Shown here: positions 12,706 through 24,156 of the stretch, in pieces
Layout: the number at the start of each line of letters is the position of its first letter
How positions within the stretch are numbered: position 1 is the first letter of the stretch
Source: Biomphalaria pfeifferi
Lineage: Eukaryota
Direction of reading: 5' to 3'
Assembly: GCA_030265305.1 (NCBI GenBank)
Contig: JASAOG010000080.1
Location: forward strand, 1,810,630-1,874,629
DNA: 64,000 bases
Program-made: the position numbers and the translations under genes
Notes under the pieces: model-generated
Databases searched by the model: none
The model's input: the letters and a program-made list of their open reading frames with translations, nothing else
What the model was told of the DNA's origin: nothing

Positions 12706-13019
12706 GTATTTTAACTTACAAACAATCCATTTTCACTTGTTCAGCCTGTCAGGAGTAAGAATAAAAAATTATTTTTGAGAAATATTTTATTATGCTTGAA
12801 ATTTGTTAGTATTTCTTTTTGCTTGATGCTTTTTCTAGATGACATTCCTTCCACCATCTTAAGCTCTAGACACAATCGGATGTTGAAGGTACAATTACTC
12901 ACTCCATGTGTCTCACTGACTCCTCATGGCATATTTGATTGATATAACTGCATTTTGTTTTGTTACATTAAAAAAAATGCTTGAGACCAAATTATTTTCA
13001 ACATGTTTCATTTGTTTAG

Positions 13020-13128
13020 ATCTGAACAAAGAAGTCGTTTGCGCCCATCAGACATATCTGGTTCCAATGAGGGCAAAAATCTCAGCAGAGTGACACATGC
13101 AGAAGCCACGGTGACCAGCATTTTAAAG
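13020..13128 (+). CDS. MED24: MED24 exon 10: RSEQRSRLRPSDISGSNEGKNLSRVTHAEATVTSILK
   Basis: Acceptor tttgtttag|. Donor AAG|gtaatt. Human RAEPTVTNILK. Confidence 0.85.
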
Positions 13129-15844
13129 GTAATTAAAATGAATGAAATGTTTGTTATTATATTCACTTGACTCAACATCTGTTTGCCTTCCTCTTTTGTG
13201 CATAGGTCTTTGAAGTTGAACATGACTCCCAATACTTCTTTATATCGGTTCAACTATTCCATATCGTCATGACTCTTCTTCTTAAGAGGTTTCATTTAAA
13301 GCTATGTTTAGCCGGATTTTTATAGGTGAAGTCTAAGATATATATATATATTGGCTGTTAGTCTGGGCATAAAGTCTACATATGTTTTTTAAAGCAAATA
13401 GCTCAAATTTGATTTATTTCATCTTAAAAGGCAGCATCAAATCTAGTTATAATAATAAATACTTCCAGCTATGTATTTTTTAACAGTTCAATATTTCTCT
13501 AAAAAGGAAATATTACTGAAGAATTATAAGAAAATTTATTATTATTGTATCATTTCTCATTGCACAATTTTGAGAGTTTTCCTTCATTTTCCAGGACCTA
13601 AGCTTTGATTTAGGCCAATAACAACTAAAGTAATTTGAAAGTTCTTTCACTAAATCGAGCTTTTTTTTTTTTGTTTAATAAGCCTTGAAAAATCACTAGT
13701 CAAATTGGGGATTTGGAAGAAACTGCATTAATTTGGTTATTGGATTCAACTTAATGAAAAGCAACTGATTTTTTAAAGCCACAAAATGCATCCAGTAATT
13801 AGCTGTATTATTTGATGACTAATTTGTTCAAGTTTGTATTAGAAATATCAGAACATGCTTTTTTTTTTTGCGCTCTGATAGTTATGTGTTAGTACATTAG
13901 CAATCTCTGTAGGAGATAAACCTTGCCTGCTTACTACTTCTCCCTTGTTGACGATAGTATTTTTACTATAGTGGCTGTAATTCTCATGTAATACTTTTTT
14001 TTTTTACTTTCTTTACATGTTATCCTCCTAATATAGAATAATAATTAAAATGACCTTTTCTCATTTTATGTTCTTCGAGGCCTGCATCTGATTCGTAATG
14101 ATTTAAACTCTGGTACATTCGTCATCAAATCACTTCTTGTGTAGAGATGCATATCATTCTAATATCTCTCCATCTTTGCTCTTTATAATTCATCAGTGTG
14201 TCACTTCTTTAATGAACACATGCATTTTTTTTTTGCCATCAAGCTTTTGTGCTGTTCACATATCAGTAAGGCAATACCATCTCAAATTCAACCGTCTGCA
14301 CATGTGTGTTGCCTCCTTTCTCAAATGCTCTTTCAATACCACCTCTTGTGTCAATAATCTTCTTTTCCAGGGAAGTGCTACACTAGATAGGATGTTGAAG
14401 GTAAAACTACTCACTTCATCTGTCTCACTTGTTGTTTAGAAAAGTTTTGCTAGTATGGAGCTGTTTTTTATGTACTGACATAGTTTTGTTTATTGTTAGA
14501 CATGCAGGTTTATTTACAGATATATAAAAGTTTTTTCATTGCATATATTTAGTGTTAATTATTCAATATAGAATTCTTAATCCTCTCAGACCTTTTATTT
14601 TTTTTTTCTGTTTTGAATTGAACCTGCTTCACATCATTTCATGGAAGTATTATGTGGGCAGCATACTAGTGGAACTCATCCCAAATACTTTTTTTTTTTA
14701 CTAAATGATTTAAAACTCTTTTTCCTTTTTTTTCTTTTGCTAAACTAATTTAATATTTAACTGTTAAATTTTTTTTTTATTTTAGGGTATTTTTTATGTT
14801 TTATTATGATTATAAACCCTTCATATTTTTCTTTGCTGAAGAATACCTTGAGCTGTGTGACAGGACATCCTTTCAACTCTGTAAACATTTGAACAAAGAT
14901 GGCTCACTTATTTGTCTAATAATAGATTGTTAAAATCAGCTCATTGTGGTGAAATTTATTAGACAACTTGACATAAATTTGGTGCATAATTTACTTTTCA
15001 CTTGCCTTTGAAACTAGCTGATTTATTTGCCTAGCATCTGTTATAAATGCTACTCCATGGAAGATTGCCAAACACCTAAAGACAGTATTGAAACTTACCC
15101 ACATATCCATCAAAGAGATGAGACTAAAGCATATTAAGTGTACACACTACCATGACTTGCTATGAACAATTAAAGGGGAATTTAGAGTGGTATTTTTTTT
15201 AAACTTTACTTCATAATGCTAATGTATTTTGTACAATCTAAGGTGATACATACTTTTTTACATGTATCTCTGTGCGTTAACAAAACAAAAACAAACAAAA
15301 AACTTAATGTGAGCATTACATCATAAACAAAAATGTTTTAATGGTTATGACTTTTGTTGTTGTCTGTTGATCTGGTCACTTGCTATTTGTGCTACACTGA
15401 ATGTTGTTGTTGCTGTCTACTTTTGCAGTTTTGTTTCCAAAAGATTTGAATGTTTGAATCTAGTGTATCATTGTACTATATGGGGCTGAAACATAATAGT
15501 GTTTACTGATTCAATTTTGATTAATCTAACTCAGTAATACAAACCTTTTTAACTTCTTTTTTTGTGTTTCTGTAGTAGTTTTTTTTTTTATTGCATGATT
15601 GATTATCTGATTTTTATTTGATCTTTGCTCATTGTAATAAACCAAAGACCAGTTTAGATGTTCCAGTGAAGGTTGGCTAAATCTATTTGTGATTAATTGA
15701 TTCATGTTATGTAGTATTGTTTTTGGATTTTTTGTTTACTTGTATGTGTTGATGGCCCACTTTATGGCACATGTGTCCTGTTGAATTTGAGCTGTTGACT
15801 TGAAGTATTTCAATTATCTTAATGCTTATCTAAAATTTGATAGC

Positions 15845-15975
15845 ATGTATTATAATCAGATCAAAACATAAGCAACATCACATTCCCCATGTATTTTAGT
15901 CAGATCAAAACATAAGCAACATCACATTCCCCATGTATTATAATCAGATCAAAACATAAGTGACATAATCACATT
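15845..15975. repeat. About 50-bp minisatellite, about 2.6 copies (cagatcaaaacataagcaacatcacattccccatgtatt...)
   Basis: Direct tandem repetition visible in MED24 intron 10. Confidence 0.85.
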
Positions 15976-16586
15976 TTTTGAGGTTATGGCACATAAAAAA
16001 ATCTTTTATTGTAATTATGTTTGATAATTGAATGTCAACACAGAAAAGAATACTTTACTTACTTTCAAACCAACAATTTAAAATTGTATCTTAAAAACAT
16101 GTTTTAGTATTATAGGACCGTTTTTAAATCTATCAAAACCTACCTTGGGGGTTCTTCATCGAATTACTATTTGTCTAACTAGAAATTGACTTTCCAATGA
16201 CAAGTCTATTTTGTGGATCATCACAATACATTTTGTGGACAATTCTTGTATGAGTTGTGTTTTTTTTATTTGTTTGCATTGTGTTTTGATTATGGAAATC
16301 CTCCCTTCTCATAAATACTATACAAATCTTTTCACATAAGTTTTATTGATTACAACAGGGAATTAATTTTGTTAACCTTTTTTTTTTCTACACATGTAAA
16401 AGAATTTCATATGTGATATTATTTACTGTTTGTTGAGATAATTGCCCAGCACCTTAAATTTTCTGGGTTTTTAGGGTAATAACAGTAGTCAGAATCAGAA
16501 TGGAAGTTGAGCATGCAGTGTTATTAGTACTCCATTATGTGCCTATTTTTTTGCCACTTATTAACTTGTATGTTGTTATTATTCAG

Positions 16587-16729
16587 TCGCTAGATTCAGA
16601 CCCACACAGAAACTCAGAGTCCATGATCAAGGTGCTGACCATCATGCTTCAGGGGCACAGCTTTGATATTCTTCGGTTGGCTGCTGCAAGCACAGGAAGG
16701 CTGCATGATTTTATGTCTAAACTTATCAG
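16587..16729 (+). CDS. MED24: MED24 exon 11: SLDSDPHRNSESMIKVLTIMLQGHSFDILRLAAASTGRLHDFMSKLI
   Basis: Acceptor ttattattcag|. Donor AG|gtagtt. Human GLLGVLGHMLSGKSLDLLLAAAAATGKLKSFARKFI. Confidence 0.85.
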
Positions 16730-16989
16730 GTAGTTATCCTATTTTTTAAACAGAAAATGTATTTTATAAAATACCTTAATAGATTAAATATCTTAAAATA
16801 TTTGTTGGGAAAGTTACAGGTAAAGGCTATAAGACTGTTGAGATACTTAAATTTGTACTTTTTTCAGTAGATGGCATTTTTCTATGTAAAGCTGATTTAA
16901 TTGAGAAATGAAGTTAGCCATTTCTGTAGCAATTGAAATTTTACAGGGTGGGGTCACTAGCCCCATGTCAAACCCTCCTTTGTTATCCA

Positions 16990-17450
16990 GGCTTCGATCG
17001 GCCTTGAATTGTGTATGTTTATAGACAGCAAACTTCTTAGGTTCATACAGAGAGAACTGAAACTGCATGTTGTTAATTTTTGATGTCAAATGAAGATAAT
17101 TCATTCTACCAAAGTCAGCTATAAAACAAGGAAGCTGAAAAGGGGAAATTGAAAACAAGGCTGTCCACATATAATAATTTCAAATCCATGGGCACCAGCT
17201 GGGAAGACGCTGTGTGGAAGTCATCTTTGACCTATCTCTGTTTAGAGAGCTTACCACCCTAAGCACCGAACAGTGCTGGAGGACCTAAGGTCTTAATCTA
17301 AAAAAAAAAACAGGAACATTCTAAAATACTTGCTGTCTCTTGAACATAGTACTCTCAGTTTGACATCCAAGAACTTTTCCATAATACTTCATTTCTATTT
17401 ACTTTGACGCTCTGAAGTCTAGGATTGTTCAATGAAAACTAAAAGATTGA
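16990..17450 (+). mobile_element. RTE-like LINE 3' end (ORF2 tail ...IHGHQLGRRCVEVIFDLSLFRELTTLSTEQCWRT* plus 3' UTR)
   Basis: Tail ends ...ggaggacctaag, like the copies at 32760 and 43830. Its 3' UTR forms the left arm of the inverted repeat. Confidence 0.55.
17281..17447 (+). repeat. Inverted repeat, left arm (about 165 bp, near-perfect)
   Basis: Reverse complement of 18001-18167 reproduces 17282-17447 almost base for base. Confidence 0.85.
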
Positions 17451-17643
17451 GAAGTAATGTATTGGATAATTTAACTTATATGTAAGGCAAATTCTAAACT
17501 TGGGATTATCCTATTTACAAGAGCACAGATCTAAGTTTGGTATTTTGACTATTTGAATAAAATGTTAGAAATTATAAATAAGTATTAATACATTTGCTAT
17601 ATATGAAATTGGGATTATGAATGTCTTTGTTTCTTGATGTAAG

Positions 17644-17761
17644 GATAAATGAACTCGCCTCACAGACAACTAGTGAATCTCTGAAGATCCCAAACAGAAA
17701 TCAACTTTTTGATGTCACATTTCTTATGATCATTAGCATATTGCAACAAAATGGACTAGGG
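17644..17761 (+). CDS. MED24: MED24 exon 12: RINELASQTTSESLKIPNRNQLFDVTFLMIISILQQNGLG
   Basis: Acceptor ttcttgatgtaag|. Donor GGG|gtaagt. Human SVRALLFDISFLMLCHVAQTYG. The exon sits between a 165-bp inverted repeat pair. Confidence 0.85.
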
Positions 17762-17839
17762 GTAAGTTTGGAATTTATTATTTACTGTAGTTGTATTTTT
17801 GAAGTTGGCAGTTATTTTTTTTTTAGGCAAGCAATCTTT

Positions 17840-17980
17840 AAAACTAAAGAACTTATAATAGATTTTAGAAAGAAAAAACAAACTATACGTGAACTGCAAA
17901 TAAACACTACATCTATAGAACAAGTAAAGGCATATAAATATCTAGGCGTTATCATCAACAACAAGCTTTCATGGTAAGAC
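17840..17980 (+). mobile_element. Reverse-transcriptase fragment (…IDFRKKKQTIRELQINTTSIEQVKAYKYLGVIINNKLSW)
   Basis: KYLGV...L.W is a non-LTR RT motif. Sits in MED24 intron 12. Confidence 0.5.
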
Positions 17981-18000
17981 CACCTTGGAACTCAATCTTT

Positions 18001-18167
18001 TAGTTTTCATTGAACAATCCTAGACTTCAGAGCGTCAAAGTAAATAGAAATGAAGTATTATGGAAAAGTTCTTGGATGTCAAACTGAGAGTACTATGTTC
18101 AAGAGACAGCAAGTATTTTAGAATGTTCCTGTTTTTTTTTTTTAGATTAAGACCTTAGGTCCTCTTC
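18001..18167 (-). repeat. Inverted repeat, right arm
   Basis: See 17281-17447. The arms bracket MED24 exon 12 and an RT fragment. Confidence 0.85.
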
Positions 18168-18466
18168 TTGTTTAGTTTAAAGCTATTGAGTTTGTATAGA
18201 AAAAAGAGACGCTGGGCACCAAGATACCTGTGTGTAGTCGCTGAATGAACTCTTTATGTTGTCTGTTGTATTTATGTGTATTTTTCTGTTGTGTTGTCTT
18301 TATATGAGAAACGAGTCCTTGTAATCACAACAAATTTCCGTAAGGATCAATAAAGCAGTCTTAGTCTTAGTCTTAACTCCATTGAGGTTAAATATTTTTG
18401 TATCAACAGTTAAAAATATGTTACTTTCACCATTGCAAGTGTATTTTAGACTTTTCCTTCTTTCAG

Positions 18467-18636
18467 ATTGCTTTATCTAACAAAGAAAATGAGTATGCCC
18501 TTGTGGTCCAGTGGGCCAAACGCTGGCTTCCAGAGGAAGGAAAATATAAAAATGTGGAGTTTATTGAGGAGCAGGACAAAGTAGATGCTATTTTAAACCT
18601 TATGCTCAGCAGTGCCGAAATTATTCCCTGTGGACA
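18467..18636 (+). CDS. MED24: MED24 exon 13: IALSNKENEYALVVQWAKRWLPEEGKYKNVEFIEEQDKVDAILNLMLSSAEIIPCG
   Basis: Acceptor ccttctttcag|. Donor CA|gtaagt. Human TWMQTCMPEEGKILNPD...SLVALLNNSSEMKLVQ. Confidence 0.85.
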
Positions 18637-18861
18637 GTAAGTTCAATACATCATTAGATGCAAAACATATGCTTTTAAGTGTAACATACATACTGTATAG
18701 AGCTGCATGCAGTACAAGTCTATCAAATGCCCTGTTGTAAAAAAAAAAAATGTACGCTAAATTAAAATGCATAGTATTCTCACACTCCAGACTACAGAAA
18801 GTTGTTATCATATGTTTTAATTAGAAATACTTTTATTCGATTTGACAATTAACTCTTTCAG

Positions 18862-18961
18862 AATTGCCAGCTGGAAGGAGATGATTATGTATTTGCCTTA
18901 CGCACTGCAAGAAATTCTCTTTGCTGTAGAGCACATGGCCCTCAATCTGGAAAAAGTCAAG
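18862..18961 (+). CDS. MED24: MED24 exon 14: QIASWKEMIMYLPYALQEILFAVEHMALNLEKVK
   Basis: Acceptor aactctttcag|. Donor AAG|gtaata. Human MKWHEACLSISAAILEILNAWENGVLAFESIQK. Confidence 0.85.
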
Positions 18962-19118
18962 GTAATAATAATAAAGTATTTAGATTAAAGGAGATTGCTG
19001 GCTTCTACTTAAGACTCAATGATAAAATCTTTCATTTTTGTTAACTGACAAACTTGACATTTCATCTAGAAGAATTAATTAGAATACGTTTTCATTACCC
19101 TGTTTCCAATCATTGCAG

Positions 19119-19273
19119 ATGATTATTGACCACATAAGGAAACAGAACATCAAGAGTCTTCTATTAGTATGTACAACCTATCTATGTAGCTACATGAACA
19201 TAGTAGGTGCAACTGCCAGGGTGAAGCCACTGAAAATGTTGGAGTTTTTTACAATATCCTTAGGAATAGACAC
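19119..19273 (+). CDS. MED24: MED24 exon 15: MIIDHIRKQNIKSLLLVCTTYLCSYMNIVGATARVKPLKMLEFFTISLGID
   Basis: Acceptor caatcattgcag|. Donor AC|gtgagt. Human ITDNIKGKVCSLAVCAVAWLVAHVRMLG. Confidence 0.75.
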
Positions 19274-19989
19274 GTGAGTTGTTGTTTTTTTTTTTTGCTT
19301 TGTTACTGTATAGCAGAATAGTCCACAGAGAAGTGCCTGGTATGAGTCATTGAAAGTTTGTTGTTTGTGTATTTGGTAAAGGTAATGTTGGGATATTATG
19401 TAACGCCAGAAATCAACTTTTTAAATTTCCCCACCCCCTTTATAACTAATAGTAACAAGACTCAAGTAACATAAGAAAGTTTGAATTTTACAAAGACCTA
19501 TTTATTAGTTATCATTTTCCTATATCACATTTTTAATCATGGTATCTGTAAGGAGAATGGGAAAAACATCAACTTCTTTTCATGCTTTGATGACATATTC
19601 AATTTTTTTTTTTTTTACAATAATGTACATATACATTAGGTGGCCTTGGGAAAACCTATGGAGTTCAAAAAGAATGCAGGTTATTTTTTCCATATTTTTT
19701 TTAACACCCTTGTGGTAGTGCTCTTCCGCGAAAGTTAGGGGGCCACTGTTCCTGTTATTTTATTGGAATATTTTATTTACTTTGCTATGTAACAAATCTT
19801 CAGACTACCCCCTCGCCAATTTTAACAAATCCTAAAAAATGTTATACTCCTTCCCCTTAGCCATTATGCGATATCCAAACGTTCCTAAAGTTAATATGGA
19901 TGGGATTTTTTAAAAATTTATGTTCTGAGTGAAGGAAATGTGTATGTTTAAGGACAGTGACTACTCAGGTCCATGAAGAGAGAACTGAA

Positions 19990-20190
19990 ACTTTGGATGC
20001 GTGGTCGAGAGGCTAAGTACGCTTGAACTTGGCTTGGCTACCTATGAAGAGGGCACGAGTTTCAACACCCGACTCGAGCAGAGTTGGGCTTACTGAGCGC
20101 CTAAAGGCAGCATGGAAAAAAACCCTCTGCCACCAGCCCACAAATGGACCATAGTGCTCTGAGCATGCTATACGCATGAAAGTAGCGCTA
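19990..20190 (+). mobile_element. tRNA-derived SINE, family A (copy 2), in MED24 intron 15
   Basis: Head ggtcgagaggctaagtacgc...gagtttcaacacccgactcg is tRNA-like. Homologous to 275-485 in inverse orientation. Confidence 0.6.
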
Positions 20191-20331
20191 TATAAAAGCT
20201 ATCATTTAGTTTAGTTTTACTTGACGTTAACTTTTTTTGTAAAATGAAGACATCAATCAACCTCATTATATGCTATCTCCTAAGTTTTGATCAATCATTT
20301 AAAGATGCATGATTTTGATTTTCATACAAAG

Positions 20332-20569
20332 TAAACAACCCATTCAAGCCATCATTGACAACATCATCTATGACATACTTCCTGAGGGCCATCCCCAAAG
20401 ACCAATAAGACGCTACCAGCTGTCCAGCAAGAAGCTGACCAGTGAGATCATGAATGAGACCCTCAAAGATTCGTTCCATCGAGGCTGGCTGAGCATGGCT
20501 TCTTTACACACTCTGGAACAGCTGTTGGTCTTGAGAGGTCCTGACTGGTTCTGTGCTGAGATGGTGGAG
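20332..20569 (+). CDS. MED24: MED24 exon 16: TKQPIQAIIDNIIYDILPEGHPQRPIRRYQLSSKKLTSEIMNETLKDSFHRGWLSMASLHTLEQLLVLRGPDWFCAEMVE
   Basis: Acceptor ttcatacaaag|. Donor GAG|gttggt (weak). Human LEKGWVDSRSIHIFDTLLHMGGVYWFCNNLIKE. Confidence 0.8.
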
Positions 20570-21164
20570 GTTGGTTGCTCTTTTAATTTCTAGCAATTTT
20601 TTAAAATTGTTTTTAGATATCCGCTAGTTACTGAATCGGAGGGGTTTCGGATCTTCAAAGAATTTAACCGTATATGCTCAGGAAATTCTATTTATGATGT
20701 AATTAGATATTCTCTTAGAATTTCAAGGGGTATGAAATAAACAATAGATGAAAGAGAAAAATGGATATATAAAAATACAAAACAAATTTTGTTGTGTTTG
20801 TGTTTGTTATGTTATCATATTGCCTTGAGCCTGCATTATATTTGTTAACAGTGCTTTATAAATGAAATTATTATTATTATTTCAGCTTTTGCATACAAAA
20901 TTACAATTTAAGCCTACCTGCGTTCATAGTACAGTATGAATTAATTACATGAATTTATTTTGGGGTCGCATCGGAATACTGAGTTTGTCAGATTATCAAG
21001 CATCATTTGTATAGTATACGCTAGTTTGTTGGGATGTGAGCTAATTTAGGACTACAGCAGTCAGATCATTGTTATAAATTAAAATTTGCAGTGAACCCAT
21101 CATTTTTTTTATAGTTTTGATGATTGTTAACATTTATTTATTTTATGAAGGTGTCATGTTGCCA

Positions 21165-21345
21165 GAACAATGACCAACCTCTTGTCTTTCCCCTACTAAC
21201 AGGCACCCATTTGAGTTTGGTGGACTCAGGGATGCCCAAAGAATTTCCTAGTTGAAAGTCCCAGTCTTCACAGAGTTTCAATCTCGGGACTTATCAGATC
21301 ATTTGCCAAGCGCTTTACCACTAAGCCACCATTGTATTAGCTTTA
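21165..21345 (-). mobile_element. tRNA-derived SINE, family B (copy 2), in MED24 intron 16
   Basis: About 80% similar to 7185-7392 (ggtggactcag.gatgcccaaaga.ttcc.agttgaaa). Confidence 0.55.
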
Positions 21346-21781
21346 TTTTAGTTATCCTGTTTTTATATATTTAATTTATGACAAATTTTCTTATGATTAT
21401 ATTGTTTATATCATAACTCCTTTTCTTTCTGCCAACTTTTAGGTCAGATGGTTTTTTTTTAAACTTTTTATGCACAGTCTGTTCAAATTTCTTGTTTTAA
21501 ATACATTTCTTTTTTTTTTCTCATAAATTGTTTGGACATATTTTCGTTTTTCAAAGTTTGATAAATTATTTATAATGTTAGATTATTTTTTTAAAGATTA
21601 TTATATTATATATCATAGGCACTAAATAATTTATCATGTTTGTGGAATTTAGTGGTTATGATGATTATGAATCAATTGCATCCTTATCACTGCTGAGAAA
21701 AATTCTAAGCTAATTGTGACAAAAATAGTTAACTTTCTCATAAGTTATTTAATGACATATTTTTTTTGTAACTATTTCCAG

Positions 21782-22013
21782 CACTTGTTGAAACAGAACC
21801 ACACAGATGATGCCACTCAGTCTCTTAGTCTAGCCTTTGCTATCATGCACATGGACTTGGAACGCATGACCATCAGTCTGTTAAGGCGTGTGTTGCCCAG
21901 CCTACTGACGACACCACAGAACAGTCTACTGACTGACCCTAGAGGCTACTGTCTAGCCAAGCTTTGTGTCCTTAGCATCACAGCCACTCACATGTCCAAG
22001 ATAGGACAGAAAG
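21782..22013 (+). CDS. MED24: MED24 exon 17: HLLKQNHTDDATQSLSLAFAIMHMDLERMTISLLRRVLPSLLTTPQNSLLTDPRGYCLAKLCVLSITATHMSKIGQK
   Basis: Acceptor ctatttccag|. Donor G|gttgct. Human VLLGHILPGLLTDSSKWHSLMDPPGTALAKLAVWCALSSYSSHKGQ. Confidence 0.85.
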
Positions 22014-22138
22014 GTTGCTGAAGTTATCTTTTGTTTCTTTAGTTTGAATACAACTTTTAGATTACCCTAACCTGACAAAATTATTTATTTTTTGTAGAAT
22101 ATATTTTATAAATAAAACCTTTTTATTTTGTATTACAG

Positions 22139-22194
22139 AGCCATATGTCAGGAGACGGCACAAACGCCTGATAACAGAAGTAGACATGGATGAC
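22139..22194 (+). CDS. MED24: MED24 exon 18: EPYVRRRHKRLITEVDMDD
   Basis: Acceptor gtattacag|. Donor GAC|gtgagt. Human QKKRHREDIEDYISL. Confidence 0.8.
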
Positions 22195-22306
22195 GTGAGT
22201 TTGTAAACTTTCTGAGCCCTAGTTTTGTGGTATATTATATAATAAATTTATTTGAATTCTGTAATGTATGTTTTGTGTAGTCTGATAGTGTAATTTATGA
22301 CTTCAG

Positions 22307-22394
22307 GACTTTGATGATGGAGACACACCTCCAGCTAAACTTCGCAAGCTATCAGAGCCACAACTCAGTTTGAGCATGGAAGATTTTAACTTAG
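22307..22394 (+). CDS. MED24: MED24 exon 19: DFDDGDTPPAKLRKLSEPQLSLSMEDFNL
   Basis: Acceptor tgacttcag|. Donor G|gtaatg. Human DDVQPSKLMRLLSSNEDD. Confidence 0.8.
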
Positions 22395-22519
22395 GTAATG
22401 TATTAAGGTTTTATTTTCTACTCTTTCCTTAGCAGAGAAAAAAATATTTAGCAGACCTCTTTGCAAAAGCAATTTGCTGAAGAAAATGTAAACATGTATT
22501 AGATCATATTTCACACCAC

Positions 22520-22630
22520 TTTATATAGTTGTGATTTACTTGGGTTATTTTATTTTACATGTACTTTTACTAAGAGATATAGTTGTGATTTACTTGGGTT
22601 ATTTTACATGTACTTTTACTAAGAGAACAT
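22520..22630. repeat. About 55-bp tandem duplication (tagttgtgatttacttgggttatttt...acatgtacttttactaagaga)
   Basis: Two adjacent copies in MED24 intron 19. Confidence 0.8.
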
Positions 22631-22960
22631 AAGTTTTTAAAAGGAAATATTAACTCTTTCCTTTCATCTGTGTTTTAAGTCCTTTGTAAATAAGCTAAAA
22701 TTTAGTTTTTTGTATGATCATAAAATATGTTAATAACTTAGTTTTAACAAAATACTGACACTTTTGGCTAAAATTTTCTAATGCTAAGTTATTAGTAGTG
22801 AGATTTATGTTATAATAGAATGTAAGTTTGTTTAAGTTACTAAGTTTAAAATCAAATAATAAATATGATTATTTTATAAATTAATACAACCATTATCAAA
22901 TGCTATTCAACTTCAGAATGATATAAAAATGTATTGTGCATGTTTCTATTTTCTGTACAG

Positions 22961-23035
22961 CTGCCCTGGCAGATAAAGAGGATGGAGAAGTATTACCTTC
23001 TTTAGACATGAAGGACCCTTTGAATAAAGCTTTAG
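22961..23035 (+). CDS. MED24: MED24 exon 20: AALADKEDGEVLPSLDMKDPLNKAL
   Basis: Acceptor ttctgtacag|. Donor G|gtacac. Human LHTVNMRDPLNRVL. Confidence 0.8.
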
Positions 23036-23185
23036 GTACACAGAGCATCTCTTTTTATTTCAATAATATCTGCTGTAAGCTATTAAATATTAATGTAAGC
23101 TTGTATTTATCGTGTTAGTCAATACTTGCTTTTTCAATGAATGGAACAAAGACAAAAATGGTATAGTATTTGTTTTCTATTTCAG

Positions 23186-23331
23186 TCAATTTGTTTCAAC
23201 TGATGAACACTATATTGATGAACAAAACTCTTTCTTCAAGAACTTGGTTTATTGTCTCCATCATTCAAGAAGCTATAAAATGTGGGGGCACACATTCTTC
23301 TTTTATATTCCAGTTCATGCCACAAAACATG
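23186..23331 (+). CDS. MED24: MED24 exon 21: VNLFQLMNTILMNKTLSSRTWFIVSIIQEAIKCGGTHSSFIFQFMPQNM
   Basis: Acceptor ttctatttcag|. Donor ATG|gtaagt. Human ANLFLLISSILGSRTAGPHTQFVQWFMEECVDCLEQGGRGSVLQFMPFTTV. Confidence 0.85.
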
Positions 23332-24006
23332 GTAAGTTATCTTTCAGTTTGATCTCAAATGTTGGGAGATAGAATGTTGACCTTTTTGAAGTTATTCTCC
23401 CTTCTCAAAAAATACAAAGAATTACAAAACTATTTTTTTTTGTTTCAATTGTAGTAATATATAACAAACTATCATTTCTCCCAAGTAGAAAGTTTCTTAA
23501 GTTTTCGTGTCAAAAGTGTTCATGTTTATAATCAAATAATAAACCCAATCAAACCTATAAGGTCTCAGTTTTACATTTTCTATCTAAACATTCATGTGCA
23601 CGTGTTAGATTGAAATTGATGACCTTATATTTTTAATAATGCCATTTTCAAAATATATTTTACTAGCTTTTAGCCATTGGCTGTTTCCTATTACTAATTG
23701 GAAAAAAAACAAAAGGTTGAACACATGAACATGTTTATTTTTGCAAGTCTTTTTCAACATTTAGAATTTTCTTTAACTGTGTTACATGAAAACATTCTTT
23801 AACTGCTGGTGTGACATTTTATTTACTCAGTATAAGAAATCTGACATAAATTTATATTGACATTTTTTGTGTTCATTGGACCTAAACATTTTTTTTAGCC
23901 TTAACTTTAATCCAAATTTGTGACAATTTTTAACTTCAATCCAAATTTGATGACGACAAATAACAAATGGCTGAACTAAATTGAAATTTTTATATCACGC
24001 TTTCAG

Positions 24007-24156
24007 CTGAACCAAGTCATGCGAAGCTTGCCTGGTGTTTTCTCTGATGAACATATACTTCGAATCTGTGACCTCAGCACACTCTCTGGCAGAAAGATGG
24101 CTGCCAAAGCTATTTGTAACAATGCACAGATACCACAACTGAATCTCTTTGATTAA
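24007..24156 (+). CDS. MED24: MED24 exon 22 (last): LNQVMRSLPGVFSDEHILRICDLSTLSGRKMAAKAICNNAQIPQLNLFD*
   Basis: Acceptor cacgctttcag|. TAA stop at 24154-24156. Human LVKVSAMSSPKVVLAITDLSLPLGRQVAAKAIAAL. Confidence 0.85.
   Translation: MNQVMRSLPGVFSDEHILRICDLSTLSGRKMAAKAICNNAQIPQLNLFD

Larger units (their letters stand above)
6119..24156 (+). other. MED24: MED24 (Mediator complex subunit 24) gene span, 22 coding exons, first ATG to stop
   Basis: Summed exon lengths are 2925 nt, or 974 aa with consistent phases. Peptides align to human MED24 end to end (N-term LQAWKERWSDYQWAINMKK, C-term GRQVAAKAI). Confidence 0.85.

Noticed and set aside
13201-13290. ag|GTCTTTGAAGTTGAACATGACTCC...CTTAAGAG|gtttca (VFEVEHDSQYFFISVQLFHIVMTLLLKR) as a possible cassette exon of MED24
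   Set aside because: No similarity to MED24 at that position, where human exon 10 joins exon 11 directly. It would break frame. Kept only as a remote possibility.
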